Assembly (NCBI GenBank): GCA_965263295.1
Contig: OZ253665.1
Coordinates: 576,001 to 640,000, forward strand
From: Spirochaetia bacterium
GTDB lineage: Bacteria; Spirochaetota; Spirochaetia; SP-2023
Length of the DNA: 64,000 nt
Reading direction: 5' to 3'
The notes under the pieces were generated by a model that saw only the letters and a program-made list of their open reading frames with translations, searched no databases and had not been told where the DNA came from. Of this stretch, positions 48,091 to 56,498 are shown one piece after another. The translations under genes and the position numbers were made by a program. How positions within the stretch are numbered: position 1 is the first letter of the stretch; each line of letters begins with the position of its first letter.

Positions 48091-49001
48091 TTTTCCTGAT
48101 CTTGCTTTTTCAGGTATTTACGTAGTAAATACAATTCCAAGCGATATTCAAAATGCATGGCATCAAAGTAAAGCCATTTCCCGCCCCAAATGAATCCTTC
48201 ACTTTCAAAGGCATCAATCACTGCTTGAGGAGGCGCCCAGCGTTTCGAGTAGGGAATATTGTACCAATCCTGTCGATGATTGCGTTCCCAGTTCCAGTAT
48301 ACGGCTTTGCCATCCCAACTGCCGGGTATTAAGTCTAATGCCGTTCCAAAGCTATGATTGCTAAGTTTTTCAAAGTATTGGATATTACGCCAGGTATAGG
48401 TAGAAATATTGCGCAGGTTGAGGAAAAAATGATCCAGCTCTGGATCCTGGCGCCGAGCCCTGAGTAGACGACGTTCAATGCGCTTTAATGGCCAGATAAT
48501 CATAGGATGAATTTTTATGCGAAATTCCATGAATGGAATTTCCTGAACTAGTTTATCCATAGTGGTTTTGTCGGGCGCCTGATAAAGAGTTTGACGAAAA
48601 GCGTCGCTCTCCTGGATTGTCAGACCCTGGCTGTTGCGTTCTAGTATTTTGAGGAACTTCTCTTCTTCTGCGGGGTTGGAGAAAGGAGGGACGGGGGGCA
48701 ACTCTTCGGGATAGTAATAGACTCCAAATTTGCGATATTTCTGGTATTGATCTGCCAGTTCCTCGGGCAAAATACGCCCGTGTGCCCAGTTAAACCAAGT
48801 TCCATTGACCTTGATACCCCAATCATGCAAGTGGCTGCGGAAACTCAGTTTGCTGATCTGATGTGGGTAGGCTTGGCTCAAGGCGCGCAAAACAATATAA
48901 GCGCTTCCGATTTTATCACTTTTGCCTGCAGAGCCAAAGAGTAATAAGGTGGGCAGGGCCCAACCAATTAATAAAAAAGTCGGTATGGATGAGATTTTCA
49001 T
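48087..49001 (-). CDS. M15 family zinc metallopeptidase (peptidoglycan D,D-carboxypeptidase/endopeptidase-like)
   Basis: WRNI...SNHSFGTALD (SxHxxGxAxD) and FIWGGKWLYFDAMHFEY. Confidence 0.9.
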   Translation of the reverse strand: MKISSIPTFLLIGWALPTLLLFGSAGKSDKIGSAYIVLRALSQAYPHQISKLSFRSHLHDWGIKVNGTWFNWAHGRILPEELADQYQKYRKFGVYYYPEELPPVPPFSNPAEEEKFLKILERNSQGLTIQESDAFRQTLYQAPDKTTMDKLVQEIPFMEFRIKIHPMIIWPLKRIERRLLRARRQDPELDHFFLNLRNISTYTWRNIQYFEKLSNHSFGTALDLIPGSWDGKAVYWNWERNHRQDWYNIPYSKRWAPPQAVIDAFESEGFIWGGKWLYFDAMHFEYRLELYLLRKYLKKQDQEK

Positions 49002-49147
49002 TGCTGGACCAATTACGTCGTTTGAATTGCAGCTTGACTGCTAAGTTTTATATCTGCGGCCCGTGTTGGCGATAATGGCTTTAAATAGCCAAGACTCTAT
49101 ACCTTCCGCTTGACCTGCTAACTATCTTTAAAACAAAAAAATAAAAT

Positions 49148-49220
49148 TGCTCCAGATACGATTTGAACGTACGACCTACCGCTTAGGAGGCGGTTGCTCT
49201 ATCCCCTGAGCTACTGGAGC
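49148..49220 (-). tRNA. tRNA-Arg (anticodon CCT)
   Basis: Reverse complement reads GCTCCAGTAGCTCAGGGGATAGAGCAACCGCC-TCCTAA-GCGGTAGGTCGTACGTTCAAATCGTATCTGGAGCA. Confidence 0.96.
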
Positions 49221-49242
49221 GCTGGAAACAGAAGGCCCAGCA

Positions 49243-49271
49243 ATTCTAATAGGCGCGATAACTATTGTCAA
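49243..49271 (-). promoter_or_regulatory. sigma70 promoter of tRNA-Arg
   Basis: TTGACA-17-TAGAAT on the minus strand, about 22 nt upstream of the tRNA. Confidence 0.7.
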
Positions 49272-49349
49272 TAATTCCTCAGCTTATGTTTTATCGAGTC
49301 ATTGATTAAAGGTAGCTTATCCATGTTCAGTGAATTTTATGCCAGCAGG

Positions 49350-49874
49350 CTAGGTCCCAGCAGTGCGGCTGTCTCCGCGGGCAATGAAGACCTTACCTGT
49401 CCGCACGCTTTCGACTATCTGGTATGGATCAAAAAGTCTCTCTAAAGATTCAATATCTTCTGAGCTGCCGACAACTTGTATAGTGATAGAAGAGCTAGTG
49501 GCATCCAGTAAGCTACAACCAAAAGTATCAATAATTTGCAGGATTTGGGATCGACTTTCGGGGTTACAATGTATCTTCAGCAAAGCTAGTTCACGTTGTA
49601 GAACCTTTGTTCCTAAAACATTACTGTGGTCGCTGATGTGTACTACGTCGATTAGTTTGTGTAGCTGCCTAATTAATAAAGGTATTTGTTGCTCTTCGCC
49701 GCTGGCCTCAATACTGATCCAGGAAAAGTCTGGGTCGTAGGCGGACGAGACGACTAAACTGTCAATATTGTAGCTGCGCCGATTAAATACGAGGGTAATT
49801 CGAGCTAAAGTACCCGGATGGTTTTGCACGTACAGGCTTAGGGAAAACTTCTTTATTGAATTTTTGGGGTTCAT
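49350..49874 (-). CDS. ilvN: Acetolactate synthase small (regulatory) subunit
   Basis: ACT domain VQNHPGTLARITLVFNRRSYNIDSL, QLHKLIDV, RELALLKI, ESVRTG. Confidence 0.95.
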   Translation of the reverse strand: MNPKNSIKKFSLSLYVQNHPGTLARITLVFNRRSYNIDSLVVSSAYDPDFSWISIEASGEEQQIPLLIRQLHKLIDVVHISDHSNVLGTKVLQRELALLKIHCNPESRSQILQIIDTFGCSLLDATSSSITIQVVGSSEDIESLERLFDPYQIVESVRTGKVFIARGDSRTAGT

Positions 49875-49909
49875 ATTTTCATATCCTTTTGATATACATT
49901 GCGCATGGC

Positions 49910-51607
49910 TCAGCCTTCGACTGGCTTTTGCAATATCATGCCTTCCAGTGGAACGCCTGCCGGTACCATGGGGAATACATTTTCCTCTGCCTGGATCACG
50001 GCATCAATGACAAGTGGCCCGTCGTTGTATCGCAAGGCGGCGTTTAGCACACGTTTGATGTCGGCACTGCGTTTTAGACGAAAGGCTTTGCAAGAATACG
50101 CTTCGGCCAGTTTCGCGAAGTCCGGGTTGCCTTCCAAGCGGACACCGCTCAGGCGTTCGTCATAGAATAGTTCCTGCCATTGACGTACCATACCGAGGTA
50201 GCCGTTATTCATCACGATGACTTTAATCGGGAGTTTCAGTTGGGCCGCTGTGGCGAGTTCGCAAAGCGTCATCTGGAAACCACCATCGCCGACAATACAA
50301 AATACTATCTGTCCGGGTCGCCCCAATTGGGCACCAATTGCCGAAGGCAAACCGTAGCCCATAGTGCCGGCACCGCCAGAAGTCAGCCAATTTCTTCCGG
50401 CCTGAGCCAGGTAAAATTGAGCGGCCCACATCTGGTGCTGCCCCACATCCGTGGTTACGGTGGCTTCGCCATTTGTCAGGTTTTGCAAGGTCTCAATGAT
50501 ATGTTGAGGCTTGAGATTACCTTCTTTGCGGTATCGCAAAGGGAATTCCTTGCGCCACTTCGCTATCTGCTTTAACCAGGCACTGCGATCTCGTCGCTGA
50601 AGCTTGTCGAGCAATAATTGTAGGCTGATCTTAGCATTGCCCAAAATGCTGCAATCCGCTTTGATAACTTTGCCAAATTCGGCGGGGTCAATATCGAAGT
50701 GGATCTTGCGTGAAGATGGGGCAAAGCGCTTGGGGTCGCTTGTAATACGGTCATCCCAGCGTGAACCGACGGAGATAATCAAGTCGGCTTCAGCCAGGGC
50801 TTTGTTGGAGTAAGCTGTTCCGTGCATGCCGGGAATGCCCAGGTTGAGAGGATGAGTTTCTGGAAAGCAACCTTTACCCAATAGCGTGTTGATGACCGGA
50901 ATCTCAGTCTTTTGGACTAGCGCCTCAATCTCGTTGCTGGCGTCCGCTAGGATGGCGCCATGACCAATGAGGAACACTGGGCGATAGGAAGTATTGATCA
51001 TATCTGCGGCTAATTCGATGCCGGCAGGGTCCGGAGCTCCTGCCAGAAGGTACCCCGGCAGATAAGGGTCACGCATTGGGTAAGGTTCGGCGATTTTAGC
51101 TGAAATATCTTTGGGAATATCTATGAGAACGGGACCAGGACGACCGGTATTCGCCAGAAAAAAGGCTTCGTGAACAATGTTTTTTAAATCTCGAACATCT
51201 TTGATCAGATAAGAATGTTTGACAATAGGCATTGCCATGCCCATCATATCTGCTTCTTGAAAGGAATCAAGGCCCAGGCCACTGGTCGTGACTTGTCCGG
51301 TAATGACAAGCATGGGGACTGAGTCCATCATGGCGGTGTAAATCCCAGTGACACAATTGGTGGCGCCAGGCCCAGAGGTGGCCAGAACAATACCCGTTCT
51401 GCCTGTCGCACGGGCATAGCCGTCAGCCATGTGAGTGGCTCCTTGTTCATGTCGCACCAGGACAAACTGTAGCTCTGAACTGTGCAAGGCATCAAAAATA
51501 GGGATTGTGGCTCCACCGGGCAAGCCAAAAATATATTCGACACCCTCGGCCTTTAACTGTTCTACCAGGAGCTCTGCACCACTCTTCAGCTGGTTTTTTG
51601 CGTCCAT
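49910..51607 (-). CDS. ilvB: Acetolactate synthase large subunit
   Basis: IFGLPGG, VRHEQGA, TSGPGATN, RPGPVLIDIPKD, DVGQHQMW, GDGGFQM, GYLGMVRQWQ. Confidence 0.97.
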   Translation of the reverse strand: MDAKNQLKSGAELLVEQLKAEGVEYIFGLPGGATIPIFDALHSSELQFVLVRHEQGATHMADGYARATGRTGIVLATSGPGATNCVTGIYTAMMDSVPMLVITGQVTTSGLGLDSFQEADMMGMAMPIVKHSYLIKDVRDLKNIVHEAFFLANTGRPGPVLIDIPKDISAKIAEPYPMRDPYLPGYLLAGAPDPAGIELAADMINTSYRPVFLIGHGAILADASNEIEALVQKTEIPVINTLLGKGCFPETHPLNLGIPGMHGTAYSNKALAEADLIISVGSRWDDRITSDPKRFAPSSRKIHFDIDPAEFGKVIKADCSILGNAKISLQLLLDKLQRRDRSAWLKQIAKWRKEFPLRYRKEGNLKPQHIIETLQNLTNGEATVTTDVGQHQMWAAQFYLAQAGRNWLTSGGAGTMGYGLPSAIGAQLGRPGQIVFCIVGDGGFQMTLCELATAAQLKLPIKVIVMNNGYLGMVRQWQELFYDERLSGVRLEGNPDFAKLAEAYSCKAFRLKRSADIKRVLNAALRYNDGPLVIDAVIQAEENVFPMVPAGVPLEGMILQKPVEG

Positions 51608-51934
51608 TATTACTCCTATCGTTAGGTATCTATATTCGGTTAATTAATTAGAATTATATCAATCAATAATTTGTAGTCACTCTAGTATATTATGGAAGCT
51701 TGTCAATTTATTGGCCATAGTTGGGCTAAAATGACACTTAACACTTGATTTTATTGAACAGATTGTTTGATTTTACAAAGATCTACAAGTTGTCAATTAA
51801 AATTGATAATTTTGGCAGTTCTCTTTTAAGCTTGTTGTACTTTTTTGAATATCGGGAGAAAAATCTACGCTTTGACTTGATACTTGGGATAAATACCTTA
51901 AGCTTTAGCTTGCCATGTATATGGAGGGGGAACA

Positions 51935-52078
51935 ATGAATATGCAGGATTTCGAAGAGTATGTGGGCTTAACTGAGGCCACGCACTCAATCAGCCTGGAT
52001 GAGAGCTTGGACAAGTGGGACGAGCTCTTTGAAGCGGTAGATGAGTTATTTAAGGAGCATAGTTTTAGCCAGATATAA
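51935..52078 (+). CDS. Small acidic protein, 47 aa (below the ORF-track cutoff)
   Basis: GGAGGGGG RBS 4 nt before the first ATG; MNMQDFEEYVGLTEATHSISLDESLDKWDELFEAVDELFKEHSFSQI. Confidence 0.6.
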   Translation: MNMQDFEEYVGLTEATHSISLDESLDKWDELFEAVDELFKEHSFSQI

Positions 52079-52222
52079 GGGTCTATTGTTGGCTTCGAAA
52101 TACTCGGTGCACCGCAGTAAATTTAATCGCTGCTAGCAGTTTTTACTGCATAAACTTTGCGTTTTTAGGAGTTGACGGGTCATATCACTAAGCTAGGCGA
52201 GATAGCTCATACGCTATATTTG

Positions 52223-52257
52223 GCGGGCACATGCTTTTCCTCATGTGCCCGTTTCTT
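52223..52257 (+). terminator. Intrinsic terminator-like hairpin
   Basis: GCGGGCACATG-cttttcct-CATGTGCCCGT followed by TTCTT. Confidence 0.65.
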
Positions 52258-52555
52258 CATGCCCCAAGGCTACCCAGAACAAAAGAAATTCTTCGCCAGT
52301 TTTGTCTTTATGGGCATGGGCAGCTGAATAATGCTGTAAATTTACGGTTGAGTAGAAAGGACAATGTGCCAATATCTTAAGTCCATTCGCCAGTAATTAA
52401 AGAACGAATGCTTTATTTTAAGAGTTCAGCAGAGAATCTATGTCCACTCCGAGACTTGTTACCTCTGGAAACGGCAAATTGGGCTTGCCGGTTGATTTGC
52501 CGCCGAGATGACTGCAAGCCTGAGCCACCTGAATCGGCACTTTTGGCGGCGAAAA

Positions 52556-52843
52556 CTAATCAACGGTATAAGTCTCATCCTTGGAGGGCAAGGTCTTCTT
52601 TAATTCTTTCATAAAAGCCCTCGGTTCACCCATCTCATCGTAATCGGGACAATGCAGCATAGAACGACGCATCACAGTAGCATATTTATACAGTTTTTCT
52701 TCACCGAGCTTTTTTTTCCAATGACCTGCGTCACAGCGGACTTTATGCGTAACTTGTCCATCGTCAGTCGAGGCTCTTACAAGTTTACAGTGAATGCAAT
52801 TTGCACAGAAAATCTTATCAGTCTTGCCTGATTCTTCAGACAT
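52556..52843 (-). CDS. Small Cys-rich hypothetical protein, probably zinc-binding
   Basis: FCANCIHCK...RCDAGHW...HCPDY; GGAGG RBS upstream. Confidence 0.8.
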   Translation of the reverse strand: MSEESGKTDKIFCANCIHCKLVRASTDDGQVTHKVRCDAGHWKKKLGEEKLYKYATVMRRSMLHCPDYDEMGEPRAFMKELKKTLPSKDETYTVD

Positions 52844-53132
52844 AGTTCCTCCAACAGCAATAAACTATGCCCCTCCCTCAAAAATTATGCATAGCCAAAA
52901 TGAGAAATTTCTCCCTTACAAGGACTTATGCATAGACTTGAACAAAGGATTAGCCTTTAATTTCAAAGTGTCCATAGCATGCATGAATTTGACTTTTTGT
53001 GATAGAGTTTTATGGCGTTTTTCTTAAAAATTTCCAATAAAGCTAAGATTAACTTTGCAGAGACCAATATTTTTCAGTATGATATTTAGGTGAAACTTTT
53101 AAGACATAATTACATATTTATTTAATACTCTT

Positions 53133-53909
53133 ATGGATTATATAGATTGTCAAGTTCTTCCTTTACATTTGCGCCGTTTGCAACCGCCACGTGATGATTT
53201 GCTTGCCGCTTTGTTTGCCGCTTTGTCCAAAGGCAGCTTGCAAAATGGCGACATTTTGTTTGTTTCAGCGAAAGTCGTAGCGATTCATCAGGGCCGCTGC
53301 CGCAAACTACTCAACGCCGCTCAGCGGGAGAATTTAGTGCGACAGGAGGCCGATTATTATATTCCTCATACCTCGTGTTTAGAAGCTCTAGACTTTGCAG
53401 AACCGACATATATTGATTTTCCTTTTACCATTAAGGGGCACACACCGGTTCCGTTTGCGGGCGTAGATGAGAGTAATGGTAACGGTTGGCATATTTTATG
53501 GCCGGAGAAGCTGGCCGAGACCGCGGCGGAACTGCGCTCTCGTATTGCTAGCCATTATGCCCTAAAGGAGTTAGGCTTGGTGATTGTCGATAGTACATTG
53601 CTACCGTTGCGGCGCGGATGCATTGGACTCAGCATTGCGGCGGCGGGTATGCAATTGCTGCACTGTTACCAGGGCCAGCAAGATTTATTTGGCCGCGAAC
53701 TGAAGCTCAGTGAGAACAATATCATAGACCGCTTATCTAATTTTGCCACGTTGTTTATGGGAGAGGGAGCCGAGCAGAAGCCGATCGTGGTATTGCGTGG
53801 GTTAGGGCAATACGTCATCGCTGCCTCCGAAGAGGCGCCGGACTTTGCCACAATATTTATAGAGCCGAAAAAAGACTTCTACAGCCCGTTTTTTCGGGAG
53901 AAGAACTAG
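53133..53909 (+). CDS. CofE-family gamma-glutamyl ligase (coenzyme F420-0:L-glutamate ligase-like)
   Basis: LQNGDILFVSAKVVAIHQGR, AGVDESN, VIVDS...LRRGCIG, DLFGREL, MGEGAEQKPIVVLR. Confidence 0.88.
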   Translation: MDYIDCQVLPLHLRRLQPPRDDLLAALFAALSKGSLQNGDILFVSAKVVAIHQGRCRKLLNAAQRENLVRQEADYYIPHTSCLEALDFAEPTYIDFPFTIKGHTPVPFAGVDESNGNGWHILWPEKLAETAAELRSRIASHYALKELGLVIVDSTLLPLRRGCIGLSIAAAGMQLLHCYQGQQDLFGRELKLSENNIIDRLSNFATLFMGEGAEQKPIVVLRGLGQYVIAASEEAPDFATIFIEPKKDFYSPFFREKN

Positions 53910-56485
53910 CTATTTGACTTCTTAGCTGGGGGGTGCCAGTGACGCAAGCTCCTGCGCGACGGTGAGAAATAATAGAGATAGCCACAGCGTAATAACCAAA
54001 GCGGCTGCCAATGGGCGCGGCGCCGTAGCTGCGGTGGAATCTGCAGTAACAGTTTTTGCAGGTGGGTAAGATCTGTGGCAACAAAGTACGGGCCATAGTA
54101 ATATTTCTGCAGCAAAGGCAAGGCGGCCTCGCTGAGTTGCCGCAACGTGTGCAGTTCTTCGATTTTGCACCGTATCGACTTCAGGGTTTTGGCCTCAGGT
54201 GATCGGGTTAAGGTTCCCACAACTTTTTCGCTGCCGATGTCATTTTTTAGGATATCTCTTAGGGCATCTTGCCAGGCAAAGAGTTGGAATGGCAGCTTGG
54301 TTTTTATTGCAGCAAAAAGGCTGCGGTTCAATAATTGTAAATAGTGATATTGAGCGTAAACTTGTCGTGACATCTTTTGCTCGTTTGTCGTTGAAGGGGG
54401 AGAGAGGGCCAGGTGCAGCAGCCGGGTGCGGAAGAGCAATAGCAAAATAGCTAAGATTATAATCAAGGTGCCGGGTAATAGCCAACTGCGCTGGCGCAGA
54501 CTATCCAGCAATTGGGATAATAACTGCTGACTGGCCGTAGTTTCTGCTAGCAGCTTGTTTAAGCCGCTCTCTGCCCGAAGCGAACCGTTTCTCAGCAATT
54601 CTTCAGTCAAGGCGGCCAGGTCGGCCTCGGCACCTTCGGGCAGGCCAAACTCCAGTTGTTCACCCGGTGCCAGTTCAAAAGTCGTCGGGTCAAACGTGAT
54701 CCAGCCCTGTCGTGGCTCAAAGACTTCAATCCAGGCATGAGCCTGGTCTGCAAATAGTGGGTAGTAGTCGAGTATGCGCAGCCCTGGGTTGAGCAGGAAG
54801 CCGACTACCACGCGAGTGGGGATGCCCAGGGATCGCAGCATCAATCCCGCGCTGAAAGCAAAATAGGTGCAGTACCCTTTTTTACTATCAAAAAGGAAAT
54901 AGCGTAGTTGGTCACCATCTTCTGCTATGCCCGGCTTGAGGGTGTAGCGATATTCTGTCTGGAAGTAGTCGACGATGCCGGCAGCTATTTGCAGTGGAGA
55001 AAGCCTGGGTAGCCATTCATTGCGCAGTTGCTCTGGACTCAGCGCAAGCAATTCCGCGTGACGGATCCGGGGCATGGTCCGAGTCATGGTTTGAGTCATG
55101 ATTTGGGGAAGTAGCCGGATGGTAAAGTCGCCGATGTCATGATATTCTTTGGGCAGATGGGTGTAGTAGGCTAGTTGCTCCGCAGGCAGGACCTGGCTGT
55201 AGCGCTCCAATTTTGCCCCTGGGGGCGGCGCTATGTGGTAGGAATCAACTAGAGTGCGGGCCTTAACGTGATAGACGCGGCTGAACGACGAATCTGGCCA
55301 GTTTTCAAAGGTTTGTACTTCTGTGGGGTAATTGAGGACAAATAATGAGCTGGGCTTGATGTTGAGCAGGAAAATATCGGCTTGCTGACTATGACGCAGA
55401 TCATATTGCGGCATTTGAAAGGTGCTGGTACCGCGTTCTAATTCTAGAGGCAGGGAGCTTTCGCCCGGCATATAGAGTTCTTGTGGATCGCGGAAAAAAC
55501 TGCGCTTACTATCGAGCCCGCTGAGGCTGAAGCGGGTCAGGTAGCTGGGGCGGTTCTCGGCGAGATCCTCAATCTGACTCATCATTACCAGTTGCCTGTC
55601 TTGCTCCAGGGAACTGTCGAGTTGCAGGTATTGGCCAAAATCAAACTGATTGTTTAGGTTTTTCCGCAACAAGCCATTGCCGGTCTGGGAGCCGCGTGAA
55701 GGGTGATGCCAATTGATGGGCGAGATGGGGGTCCAGTACAGAAGGGCGAAAAGGAACAGTATCAGAGCGGCAAAGCGACCGAACTGCTTGCCATGCTTGA
55801 TCAGGTTTGTTCGCCGCAGAGCGCTTGCGCTCTGCGATTTTTCTCTGCGGAAAACGGGAGAAATCCAACTGCTTTCGCAGCGCAGGTACGGGTTCAAGCT
55901 CAGCCCTAGAAGCATTAGGTTTAGGGCGGGTAGGAGCAAGCACAGGAGGCGGTACAGGTTGTAGTGGTTTTCGAAGCTGATGCTCAGCTCGTCACGTGTG
56001 AGCAAGTAGAAGCTTAACGGCAGCAGGACTACGGCTTCAATGCTGCGGTACTTGCCAAAGCGCAGCATTAAAGCGCTGCTAATTAGAAACAGGGAGGCCA
56101 AGGCCATTGACATGCGAGCCTGCAGAATATTGTATAGAATAACGATGACTTGCCCAGGGTCCGCGCGGTGGCCCGCTATAAAATCACTGAGACTTTGTAT
56201 TATCAGATACAGCAAGAAGAGGCATAAAATAGCCCAAATTAGGCGCAAGGATATTTGCCGGCTAAGCATGAGCAGGGCAAATAGCAAGTTGGCCGCGATA
56301 AACAGGGATATCAAAATACGATTGCTGATGTGAGATTCGCTGAGACTTTCTACCAGCAAGTACAGCTGAAGACTGCACAGAGTTGTGTGCAATAATAGAT
56401 AAACTACGCTCAGCCATTTGTGGTGCACTAAACTGCTGGCTGCAGGTGCTCGTAATCTTGGATGGCGTCGAACCGGCACAGTCAT
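53906..56485 (-). CDS. Membrane transglutaminase-like protein (TgpA-like)
   Basis: Multi-TM N-terminus and a Cys-His-Asp triad in KGYCTYFA, AHAWIEV, WITFDPT. Confidence 0.9.
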   Translation of the reverse strand: MTVPVRRHPRLRAPAASSLVHHKWLSVVYLLLHTTLCSLQLYLLVESLSESHISNRILISLFIAANLLFALLMLSRQISLRLIWAILCLFLLYLIIQSLSDFIAGHRADPGQVIVILYNILQARMSMALASLFLISSALMLRFGKYRSIEAVVLLPLSFYLLTRDELSISFENHYNLYRLLCLLLPALNLMLLGLSLNPYLRCESSWISPVFRREKSQSASALRRTNLIKHGKQFGRFAALILFLFALLYWTPISPINWHHPSRGSQTGNGLLRKNLNNQFDFGQYLQLDSSLEQDRQLVMMSQIEDLAENRPSYLTRFSLSGLDSKRSFFRDPQELYMPGESSLPLELERGTSTFQMPQYDLRHSQQADIFLLNIKPSSLFVLNYPTEVQTFENWPDSSFSRVYHVKARTLVDSYHIAPPPGAKLERYSQVLPAEQLAYYTHLPKEYHDIGDFTIRLLPQIMTQTMTRTMPRIRHAELLALSPEQLRNEWLPRLSPLQIAAGIVDYFQTEYRYTLKPGIAEDGDQLRYFLFDSKKGYCTYFAFSAGLMLRSLGIPTRVVVGFLLNPGLRILDYYPLFADQAHAWIEVFEPRQGWITFDPTTFELAPGEQLEFGLPEGAEADLAALTEELLRNGSLRAESGLNKLLAETTASQQLLSQLLDSLRQRSWLLPGTLIIILAILLLLFRTRLLHLALSPPSTTNEQKMSRQVYAQYHYLQLLNRSLFAAIKTKLPFQLFAWQDALRDILKNDIGSEKVVGTLTRSPEAKTLKSIRCKIEELHTLRQLSEAALPLLQKYYYGPYFVATDLTHLQKLLLQIPPQLRRRAHWQPLWLLRCGYLYYFSPSRRSLRHWHPPAKKSNS

Positions 56486-56498
56486 GAGTGGAAATGGC

